Positions 45,144 to 53,745 of a stretch of DNA of 64,000 bases are shown piece by piece; positions within the stretch are counted from its first letter, which is position 1, and each line of letters opens with the position of its first letter. A program made the position numbers and the translations under genes. Location: assembly GCA_000004985.1 (NCBI GenBank), contig GG738864.1; one strand, written 5' to 3'. The DNA comes from Naegleria gruberi (taxonomy: Eukaryota). A model generated the notes under the pieces. The model was not told the DNA's origin and made no database searches. It saw nothing but the letters and a program-made list of their open reading frames with translations.

Positions 45144-46013
45144 TTAATCGAGGGATTGAGATGCAAAACGTCCAGTATAAACAGCTCTACCTTCAAGCTT
45201 CATAAAGACGAATTGACACAAGTGAGTGCCTGGATACAATGCAAGAGAATTAGGACTAATGGAGTGTCAAAATGCAAAATTCATTTCAATAAACTTACCT
45301 AGCATTGAAAATTTCCAAGACTTGCTTGTTGTTAATACCTGGTTGCATGAAACCAGCAGTGATGTGAATAGCAAGACCCATACGAGCGAATCTAGATCTA
45401 CCTTCCAACAAACCACAGAAACTTGGTGAAATACTGACAGTTTCTTCAGTGATGCCCAAAACAGTTTGACCTGGTTTGAGAACAAAGCATTCACCCTTTG
45501 GAACCTTAACAACCTTTGAGTATTGCTTATAGTCAACGTCATCAGTAATTGGAATAACATCTTCGGAAACTGTCATTTCTCTGAATTCATCTCCAAGAGT
45601 TCTGTATAAGCATTATAAAATTGCATCATATTCAATATTGCATTTTGTATCATCATTTTGTGGTCAATAACATTTTCATTGCATTTTGATGAAATTTTTC
45701 ATGAATTTAAAAACACAAAGATTTTAAAAAGACACCTACAAGTCATAAGAAGCAGGACCCAAGTGAGACAAGTTGAATGGAGTGATGGTAATTTGTCTAT
45801 AGAGTTGCATCATTAAAAAGGTTCATATCAAACGTTACATTGATCATCACAATGACACACAACAATACATTCAAACATGGTCATCATTCCGAGTAATAAT
45901 ATCAAACAAAAGAGTAGCAGATTTATTGTTGGCACCCTGATGTGTGTCCAACCTTCTTCAACTTACTTGGCTTGAATAGCTTTCAAAATCGAGTCGCGGG
46001 AGAGAACAGACAT
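45144..46013 (-). CDS. dCTP deaminase-like (dUTPase-fold, bacterial/archaeal dcd type), 4 exons
   Basis: Exons are 45967..46013, 45740..45796, 45299..45601 and 45144..45255. The introns are 170, 138 and 43 nt (donors GTAAGT, GTAGGT, GTAAGT). The spliced protein is MSVLSRDSILKAIQAKQITITPFNLSHLGPASYDLTLGDEFR...GRSRFARMGLAIHITAGFMQPG...LEIFNASPNSLALYPGTHLCQFVFMKL... These motifs match the dcd N-terminus (M.L.DRDI), the substrate loop (PASYDLRLG) and the GRSSLARLG / TAGFIDPG signatures. Confidence 0.7.
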
Positions 46014-46549
46014 TTTTTTATATTAATTTATATATTAAATAATACAAATGATATTATTAGAGTATCTTTGTCTTGATTACTTTTTTGGGTGCATCAAGAA
46101 TTTTCTGCTCCATGCAACTTTCCAGGCGGCGGAATATATGTGAGGATTTATTTGACTGTGTATTACTTCATGAAATTAATATTAAACACTGTTTGGTACT
46201 ACAGATTTTACACTTGGAAGATAACGGGTAAAATTTCATACTGCTTTCATTCATCTGGGTAATGTCAATCAGCTTATTAAGGTTCTAATGGTTTCGTATT
46301 GTTACACCATCACTTGGCTGGGATAAATGGAAAAAAAAAGAGTCAACTAGTTCAATATTTGCTTTCAATTAGTTGGTTGAGCATAGTGGTATTTTAACCA
46401 TGAACCGTTCTCATTACTTTTCTAAAGTTTAAAAAATAGCAAAATGAAACTTATCAATTTTCTAAGTCTTCTTGATAGCTGTTGGTGCACTGTCTTCTAA
46501 CTTGGTTTCGTCACAAGAAGTTAGGGATGTTTCTTTGAAAGTATGTTAA

Positions 46550-47877
46550 AAATCTCTAGATTTAGTCAATTACAAGCTTTTAAGATACACTGGCTTCTCT
46601 ATCGACCTAATTCAATTTCTTGTTTCCAAAATGACAAACGTGTCCATTGAATTTTATGAAGCTCCAGATGGTACCTTTGGTAGTCCAACTGCTGCGAATG
46701 TGAATGGAAACTGGTCAGGAACCATCGGTGAAATAATATCTGGTCGTGCTGATGTCATGATTGGCCCTTTAACAATTACTCAAAGTAGACATCAAGTCAT
46801 GGATTTTACAACAAGTTTCTTTGATGTTGGACTTTCTATTCTAACTCTTAAACAAGGAGAGGAATCTAATTTATTTTCATTCTTATTACCATTCTCGTGG
46901 GAGGTTTGGATTTTGATTTTCGTGAGTGCATTAATAGTTGCCTTGCTAACATGGGTTTTTGACCATGTTTCGCCTTATGGACATTCGAAACAATCAGACG
47001 AATCAAAGAATGAATTTGATTTTAGTGGTTCGTTAATCAATGTATGACAATATCTGGTCAAGACGGAAATCCAGGTAAAAGCTGGTCAACCAGAATCATG
47101 TTGTTAGGTTATTTCCTCTTTGTCATGATTATTCTCTCAACTTATACAGCTAATTTGGCAGCCGTCCTGACAACAAAGGTTCAATCCACAAGAGTTACTG
47201 GACTATCTGATATCAGAACCTACGGATTCAAGTTTGGTGTGGCTAAAAACTCTGCTCCTGCTTCTTACATTTCCAGCAGTGAAGACATGGCAGATATCAA
47301 AAAGAATATGGTTGTATTCGATTCCCTCGATGATTGTTTACAAGCTCTGAGAGATGGAAAGGTGGATGCTTTGATTTGGGCAAGTGCCATTCTCGAATAT
47401 ATGGCCAATCAACCACCATGTGATACTTTGGTCGTTGGTGATTTGTTTAGTCCTGGAAATTATGGTTTACCTTTTGCTAAGGGAAATTGGATGATTGGTC
47501 ATTTCACTTCGGTGTTGTTGTCGATGAGAGAAAGTGGACTTGTTGAGAAACTCAAAAGGAAGTGGTGGATTGATAAGGGAAGCTGTTCATTGGTTGAATT
47601 GACACAAACAGCAACAGGTGTAAAGATTCAAGACTTGGGAGGTATCTTTTTGATTTTGGCAGGTTTTGTAGTTGTTGGTGGTGTGGTTTTGATATTCGAA
47701 TTAGTATATAGGGCTGTATATGACAAGACAAAACACAAAACTAAACATCTGAAATATCTGAATAGATTCTTGGGAGGTGAAAAGCACCTAGTTCAACGTG
47801 AGAAAGATGTACAGGAATTGAACACCACGAATATTGCAACTCCAACACTCGAAAAAGATGGGAATATGAACCAGTAA
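46550..47877 (+). CDS. Ionotropic glutamate receptor-like channel (S1-M1-pore-M2-S2-M3, no amino-terminal domain); 5' exon unresolved; single-base frame disruption near 47024-47026
   Basis: Features are S1 (YTGFSIDLIQFL...NGNWSGTIGEIISGRADVMIGPLTITQSR), M1 (FLLPFSWEVWILIFVSALIV), a pore loop with the SYTANLAAV(LTT) signature, S2 (KVDALIWASAILEY...GLPFAKGN) and M3. ORF 46631..47047 and ORF 47044..47877 are offset by one nucleotide across the M1-pore linker (NEFDFS|WFVNQCMTISGQDGNP). The frame is open upstream to 46550, and a candidate first exon with ATG lies at 46444. Confidence 0.6.
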
Positions 47878-48055
47878 ATATATTTTAAAAGGGATATGTA
47901 GATATTGATATTTCGTAAATTAAGGTGTTTGGTGGCTTTCTTTCCAAAACTCTACAAGGCAAAACTAGTTAAATTTTCAGCCTCCAAAGACATTGAAATT
48001 GATAATGGGAATTAAGGCAGAATATATTTAATTACCTCGGGTTGAGATTGTCAAT

Positions 48056-48173
48056 GGCTACGGCCATATCACGATGAATGCACCTCATCCCGTCCGATTT
48101 GAGAAGTTAAGCATCGTCGAGCCACATCAGTACTGAGGTTGGAGACAACTTGGGAACCTGTGGTGCTGTAGTC
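48056..48173 (+). rRNA. 5S ribosomal RNA
   Basis: GGCTACGGCCATATCACGATGAATGCACCTCATCCCGTCCGATTTGAGAAGTTAAGCATCGTCGAGCCACATCAGTACTGAGGTTGGAGACAACTTGGGAACCTGTGGTGCTGTAGTC matches the eukaryotic 5S consensus, and its terminal helix pairs GGCTAC with GTAGTC. A T6 run follows. The 5' boundary is accurate to about 3 nt. Confidence 0.85.
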
Positions 48174-48179
48174 TTTTTT
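48174..48179 (+). terminator. RNA polymerase III T-run terminator of the 5S gene
   Basis: TTTTTT lies immediately after the 5S 3' end. Confidence 0.6.
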
Positions 48180-48321
48180 ATTTAACATTTTTTTATTCTG
48201 CCTTAATAAACTGTATTGTCTAGACTTTCTTTGAAACTGAATTTACGTGAATTTATTCGGCTGGAACTTGATTTTTACCACCTTATTAATAATACTGAAT
48301 TTAAATTTCCATAAGTCCATG

Positions 48322-49278
48322 TTACACCATCAAACAGCCTTTCTTTTTTTTATGTAGAGATAATACCTCTTCCAGCACTTTTTTTGGATCATCAATACGT
48401 ACTCGAAACTTTCTAACACATTCTTCCACTAATTTATCAATATTTTCATTTGTTTTTGCACTTGTTTTCAAAATTGTACAATTAGTCAATTCAAATTCTT
48501 TTACAACTTCTTGTACCATTTCCAAATTAATTTCATACCTATCAGGGAGATCACATTTGTTCATGGCAATCATACAGGGAGCATTCTTTCCCTTCCTATC
48601 TACAAATTTACTTATCAATATTTTCAATTCTTCCAAACTTTTCTGGTCTATCATTGAGCAAACAAGAATCAAAACATCGAACATGCAATTTTTCCAATAA
48701 TAATCAGTTTCTTCCTCACTACACGTATCCAAAAAGTTTACAGTTTCCTCTTCATCATCCACAGAGATTGTTCGTTTGTACGAATCATAACCGGTAGGGT
48801 CATATTCTAGGAAGAATTGCCCATATATAAATCTTGTTATGATTGAGGATTTTCCACTGCCTCCCCTTCCAATCACTAACAGCTCAATAATTGGTGTATC
48901 AAATTTTTTTCTAAATATTTTCCCTTGTTTTTCTCTTGTTCGAATCAAATGAATAAAGTAACCTAAACTTTTAACAACTCCAATCTTGGCGAATTTATCA
49001 AAAACATGCAAAGATTCCATTTCTTTTGATTCTACTGATATCGAATACTGATCAAATATCACACCAACAAAAATCCAACAAAATTCATCAATGTATTTTG
49101 CAATAAATTTCGAATAATTTGGATGAATCAATCGGAAACTTAATACATTCGGAATGGAGTTTTTTAATTGATGGAAATATTGTTCATGCAATTTTCTTTC
49201 AGCTAACTCATAAAACGGAGACAAGTATGAAATAATTTCTGTATGAATCTCTTGGGGAAGTTGAAGAAATTTGGACAT
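48322..49278 (-). CDS. F-box-like N-terminus fused to a Ras-family GTPase with a polybasic-CAAX tail
   Basis: ATG at 49278. The N-terminus has LQLPQEIHTEIISYLSP (F-box-like). The GTPase core has G1 GRGGSGKSS, G4 MNKCD and G5 TSAK. The C-terminus HKKKKGCLMV is a polybasic stretch plus CAAX before TAA. The gene is intronless. Confidence 0.65.
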   Translation of the reverse strand: MSKFLQLPQEIHTEIISYLSPFYELAERKLHEQYFHQLKNSIPNVLSFRLIHPNYSKFIAKYIDEFCWIFVGVIFDQYSISVESKEMESLHVFDKFAKIGVVKSLGYFIHLIRTREKQGKIFRKKFDTPIIELLVIGRGGSGKSSIITRFIYGQFFLEYDPTGYDSYKRTISVDDEEETVNFLDTCSEEETDYYWKNCMFDVLILVCSMIDQKSLEELKILISKFVDRKGKNAPCMIAMNKCDLPDRYEINLEMVQEVVKEFELTNCTILKTSAKTNENIDKLVEECVRKFRVRIDDPKKVLEEVLSLHKKKKGCLMV

Positions 49279-49393
49279 TTTTTAATGATAAGAAACCTCC
49301 TAAGTTGCTCCTTCAAACAACAACTCACTTGCCAAGGAATAAACATGGATTTAATTAGAAACATTGGGAGTAATATTTTGATGAGATCAAGAA

Positions 49394-49466
49394 GCCGACA
49401 TAGCTCAGTTGGGAGAGCGTAAGACTGAAGATCTTAAGGTCCCTGGTTCGATCCCTGGTGTCGGCA
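49394..49466 (+). tRNA. tRNA-Phe (anticodon GAA)
   Basis: The sequence is GCCGACATAGCTCAGTTGGGAGAGCGTAAGACTGAAGATCTTAAGGTCCCTGGTTCGATCCCTGGTGTCGGCA. It has a 7-bp acceptor stem (GCCGACA/TGTCGGC), a D-loop AGCTCAGTTGGGAGAGC, an anticodon loop ACTGAAGAT, a T-arm GGTTCGATCC and discriminator A. There is no intron, and it is followed by a T5 run. Confidence 0.9.
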
Positions 49467-49468
49467 AA

Positions 49469-49473
49469 TTTTT
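49469..49473 (+). terminator. Pol III T-run downstream of tRNA-Phe
   Basis: TTTTT lies 3 nt after the tRNA 3' end. Confidence 0.5.
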
Positions 49474-49864
49474 ATTCCGATAATAACTAATAAGGTGGTA
49501 AGAAAGAAGGGGTACAGAGCAAGACCTAGAAATAGAAGAAATTCTTCATCTAACTTCAAAGAAAGTTTATTAAGGTGGAATAAGAAGGAAAAAACGACAA
49601 CACAGGTTCCAAGTTGTCTCTAACCTCAGTACTGATTGGAAAATTCCATTCCTTTTAAACAATTTAAAACTTGGAAATCGTCTAATACATTCAAATTCCA
49701 CTGTTTCAATAATTCAATCATAAATTCCTTATCATTTCTTAGAGAAGGTGGTTATTTTGAAATGAAAATATTTCAAACCCATTTCCTTATCATTTCCAAT
49801 TTGGAAATGAATAAATTGTAGCAAATCTTAAAGCACATTGAATTATTGTAATTGTTGGATTATT

Positions 49865-50881
49865 TCAAATAACACCAATATCAAGTGATGTTAATTGTTT
49901 CATTTCACTTATGAATTTGGATCCTTCTACACCAATTTGATTGTAAGTAATGTCAAGTGATGTTAATTGTTTCATTTCACTTATGAATTTGGCTCCTTCT
50001 ACACCAATTTGATTGCCAGTAATATTAAGTGTTAATTGTTTCATTTCACTTATAAATTTGGATCCTTCTACACCAATTTGATTGTAACCAATATTAAGTG
50101 ATGTTAATTGTTTCATTTCACTTATATATTTGGATCCCTCTACACCAATCCCATTATAATATATATCAAGTGATGTTAATTGTTTCATTTCACTTATGTA
50201 TTTGGCTCCTTCTACACCAATTTGATTGTAACCAATATTAAGTGATGTTAATTGTTTCATTTCACTTATATATTTGGTTCCCTCTACACCAATTCCATTA
50301 TAATATATATTAAGTGATGTTAACTGTTTCATTTCACTTATGTATTTGGATCCTTCTACACCAATTTGATTGTAAGTAATGTCAAGTGATGTTAATTGTT
50401 TCATTTCACTTATGTATTTGGCTCCTTCTACACCAATTTGATTATCAGAAATATAAAGTGATGTTAATTGTTTCATTTCACTTATGAATTTAACTTTATC
50501 TGGAGAGTTACGCAACCTATAACAAAACTTAACATTTACAATACTATTCTTGAATTGGCTTTTCATAAACAATTCAATTCTATTTTCTGTAAATTGTTTT
50601 TTAAATTGAATAACAAGTCTTGAACGTTCCCGGATCACATTAAAGAATTGTTTTGAAATTAAAGAACAATTATTCAAAATAAACCACGAATCATCAATCA
50701 TGGAAATTATGTCAAAACAAACATCATCTGAAAATATATCTTGTTGGAGTTTCACAACTTTTTTTGCTTTCTCTTTCATCGAATAATTATCATTAATCAA
50801 TAGCTCCTCCGAAATTAATTGATTTGCAAAATCTTGGCTGATTCGTTTGCTCATTTTTTTATTACTAATAGTTTTCTTCAT
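49865..50881 (-). CDS. F-box-like / LRR (RI-type) protein with about 11 near-identical 24-aa repeats
   Basis: ATG at 50881. The N-terminus (FDIISMIDDSWFILNNCSLISKQFFNVI) is F-box-like. It is followed by tandem LTSL(N/D)I.YNQIGVEGAKYISEMKQ repeats. The stop is TGA at 49865. Confidence 0.7.
   Translation of the reverse strand: MKKTISNKKMSKRISQDFANQLISEELLINDNYSMKEKAKKVVKLQQDIFSDDVCFDIISMIDDSWFILNNCSLISKQFFNVIRERSRLVIQFKKQFTENRIELFMKSQFKNSIVNVKFCYRLRNSPDKVKFISEMKQLTSLYISDNQIGVEGAKYISEMKQLTSLDITYNQIGVEGSKYISEMKQLTSLNIYYNGIGVEGTKYISEMKQLTSLNIGYNQIGVEGAKYISEMKQLTSLDIYYNGIGVEGSKYISEMKQLTSLNIGYNQIGVEGSKFISEMKQLTLNITGNQIGVEGAKFISEMKQLTSLDITYNQIGVEGSKFISEMKQLTSLDIGVI
49871..50495. repeat. Tandem array of about 8.5 copies of a 72-bp unit (one 69-bp copy) inside the LRR gene
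   Basis: The unit tcaagtgatgttaattgtttcatttcacttatgaatttggatccttctacaccaatttgattgtaagtaatg recurs with more than 90 percent identity, and the differences cluster at a few positions. It encodes the 24-aa LRR repeat. Confidence 0.8.
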
Positions 50882-51715
50882 ATATCAATTATGCCAGCCA
50901 TTTCATTGAACTAATGTCTATTCGATTGGTCAATCAAGAAGAACAACCAACACAAACGAATGTAAGAGAAAAGCTAATGCAGTTACTCAACCAAGAAAAA
51001 GAAGGAATGCTCATTTCCCTATGGCATCGTTCTGCAAATTGACGATGGCGTATTTACTCTTTGAGCTCAAGTTCACTTTAAAATATAAATACTTGTACAG
51101 TAAGTTAATATTGACAAGTTGCTAGATAACCAATCTGAACCTTCGAATAAACCATTGCCATTTATTTCACTACATGGTTGGATGTATCAATCTTGTTTGA
51201 TCGAATTTAAGTGCAATATCTTTGCAAGGTCTGTAACTTTGGCGGCCCTTGGTAAATCTTGCTTATTAGCCCAAATTAAAAATTTGGCATTTGATGGATC
51301 TTCCATAACTTTACAGGATGAGGTGCATTCATCGTGATATGACTGTAGCCCTCACTTAATCGAATTCTTAATATAAAAACAATAATATATCAAATCCTAA
51401 GAAAATAAACTTAATTAAATTATGAAAATTACAATGTATTAATTATTTGGTCTTTTATCAAATATTGGAACTTTTCAATTTGTGGTCAGTCTAACCTTGA
51501 AGTTCGTTCATTCTGTTCCTTTTTCTTTATTATTCCAAAGAGATGGTTAATGAAAGACCAAATGAATAATATCCAAAACCCATGGCTACTCCTTCTTTGG
51601 AAACTCGTTAATCATATTTCTTTCCAAAATTATTAATTGACTGAGCAAGTACAAGTTTTGAAATCTATAAATTGTGGAAAGTAAAAAATTAAAAACAGAA
51701 TACAAAGAAAACAAA

Positions 51716-52114
51716 ATGAAAAGATTTATTTCAATTCTATTAATTGCATTGACGTTAACAGTTCTTGCTCTTTCATTCACATCAGGAGTTAGTGCCACCA
51801 CTGAAGAACAAGCATCAACTCTCTCCTTGTATATTAGAAAGTATGGAAATAAGAAGAGAAATCTCAAGAAATACAGATTAAAGAAGAGAAAGAACAACAG
51901 AAAGCTCAACAAGTACATTGATACCTATGGAAGAAAGAGAAGAGGATCAAAGAGATTAGGAAAGAGGAGAATTATCAGAAAGAAGGTTGATGTTTATGGA
52001 AAGAAGAGAAGATTGAATAAGAAGAGAAGAATTGATACCTATAGAAAGAAGAATAGAAAGAATAAAAGAGGAGGAAAGAGAAATAAGAAGGTTGATATCT
52101 ATAAGCGTAAATAG
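51716..52114 (+). CDS. Secreted, extremely basic (about 50 percent K/R) repeat protein
   Basis: The track start at 51674 is a GTG, and the first ATG at 51716 follows an A-rich leader. The signal peptide is MKRFISILLIALTLTVLALSFTSGVSA. The mature part is about 105 aa of K/R-rich sequence with 4-5 repeats of (I/V)D(T/V/I)YG(R/K)KRR, ending KRK before TAA. Confidence 0.55.
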   Translation: MKRFISILLIALTLTVLALSFTSGVSATTEEQASTLSLYIRKYGNKKRNLKKYRLKKRKNNRKLNKYIDTYGRKRRGSKRLGKRRIIRKKVDVYGKKRRLNKKRRIDTYRKKNRKNKRGGKRNKKVDIYKRK

Positions 52115-52486
52115 AATTTCCTTAAATTTTGTAATTATGAGTAATAAACGTGTGATTCCATTCAATCTTGTTTAACATGAGGCCTTAGAGTCTGAAAACT
52201 TGAATAAATGTTTGGAAGTTTGAATCATGTATAAAAATTCCTTTGGAATGTTTGCACTCCTCAAGCATGGAATAACAAAGAATGTATGTCCATGCACTCT
52301 TAGTCACTCCCGACGGTCTGTCTTAGGGCGTACAAATTTTTCCTCACTAACTGCGTACTATCTCTCTATTTTTATTTAAAAGGCCATTAATCGAAAACCT
52401 CAAATGAAACCAATAACAAAAAAAACTAATCAATTGATTAACTGTTAATAATAGTCATCTATTTAGCTCAAAATATTGAAAAAATC

Positions 52487-53410
52487 ATGTCCGCCTCATC
52501 AAATTCTAATAATTATTCATCTGTTGTAATTGCAGGAGCAAGTGGTAATCTTGGTAACCAAATTGTTAAAGCTTTTCTCAATCAACCAAATGTTAGAACT
52601 CATATTCTTGTTAGAAATGAAAGCAAACACAAGGTTGAAGAATTGATCAAGTTGGGAGCTCACATTATTGAGGGAGATGTAACAACCTCAAGTGTTGAAG
52701 AGTTGGCTCAATCATTCAAAGGAATTGAAGTTATTGTTAGTGCACTTTCTGGTGATCATTCAGTTGTTTTTGATGGTCAACTGAAATTATTGAATGCTGC
52801 CAAGTTGAGTGGGGTTAAAAAGTTTGTTCCTTCAAGTTACGGTTTCAATTTCCAAGATTATTTGCAATTAGGTGATAGTTTACTCATTGATCCAAAGAAG
52901 AAATTGATTAATGATTTGCAATCTCAAAACCAAGTTGACTATCTATTGATTCACAATGGTTTATTCTATAGTTATGCTTTCTTTCCAGGTTTCCTATTCC
53001 AAAAGGAAAATGACACTATTAAATACTATGGAGATTTGAATGTCAAAATCCAATTGACTGACACTTTAGATATTGCCAAGTATGTTGTCGAAGCATCTTT
53101 GAATCCACAATTAAAGAACAAATCCATCAACGTTGCTGGTGATGAAAAGACCTTGGAAGAATTAGCTCACTTGAGTTTCCCTCAAACTCAACTCAAATTT
53201 GAAAAGTTGGGATCCGCCCAAGATTTGAAGAATCTCATCCAGAAAGAAATTCAACAAGGATTGAAACCAGAACAAATTGGTCCAATTATTTATCAACAAT
53301 TACAATGGATTGCAATTTCAGGAGTTGCACATCCACCAAAAACTGATAACGATCTCTTCAATGTTAAACCACTTTCATTGAATGATTATGTAAAAAATCA
53401 AAAACAATAA
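52487..53410 (+). CDS. NmrA-like / isoflavone-reductase-like NAD(P)-binding protein
   Basis: ATG at 52487. The Rossmann motif VVIAGASGNLGNQIVKAFL is present, and the length and motif order (SALSGDH...KKFVPSSYGFN) are typical of the NmrA family. The gene is intronless. Confidence 0.7.
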   Translation: MSASSNSNNYSSVVIAGASGNLGNQIVKAFLNQPNVRTHILVRNESKHKVEELIKLGAHIIEGDVTTSSVEELAQSFKGIEVIVSALSGDHSVVFDGQLKLLNAAKLSGVKKFVPSSYGFNFQDYLQLGDSLLIDPKKKLINDLQSQNQVDYLLIHNGLFYSYAFFPGFLFQKENDTIKYYGDLNVKIQLTDTLDIAKYVVEASLNPQLKNKSINVAGDEKTLEELAHLSFPQTQLKFEKLGSAQDLKNLIQKEIQQGLKPEQIGPIIYQQLQWIAISGVAHPPKTDNDLFNVKPLSLNDYVKNQKQ

Positions 53411-53745
53411 ACCCTATCCTGTACTATAGTAACGTTAATATTAAATCACCTACAAATTCTCAATTTTTAACAAGCTTCTTCATTGCGCTTATCATTGATG
53501 GCAAAGAAAAACGAATAATTAATCAATTTAAAAAAAACAAACAACAACGCGTCGCAGCGAAAAGCGAGGAAAACTCTGTGTTTTTTAATAATAGGACCAC
53601 ACAACAACAGCAAGTTACTTGCCGACTACAATAGTACACGTGGTGGATCATCAGAAAGAGAGGATTATTTTAGATCGGCTCGTTTTTTATATTGTGTTAT
53701 ATTCTTCTGTATTATATATTTAGTTGTAAATAGTTTCGGAAGGAA

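Noticed and set aside
47025-47062. A 38-nt GT..AG interval (GTGGTT...TCAAG) that would splice the two iGluR ORFs in frame.
   Set aside because: It would delete the conserved M1-pore linker (WF...QG.D...), and the donor is unlike any other donor in the window. A one-base indel explains the alignment better.
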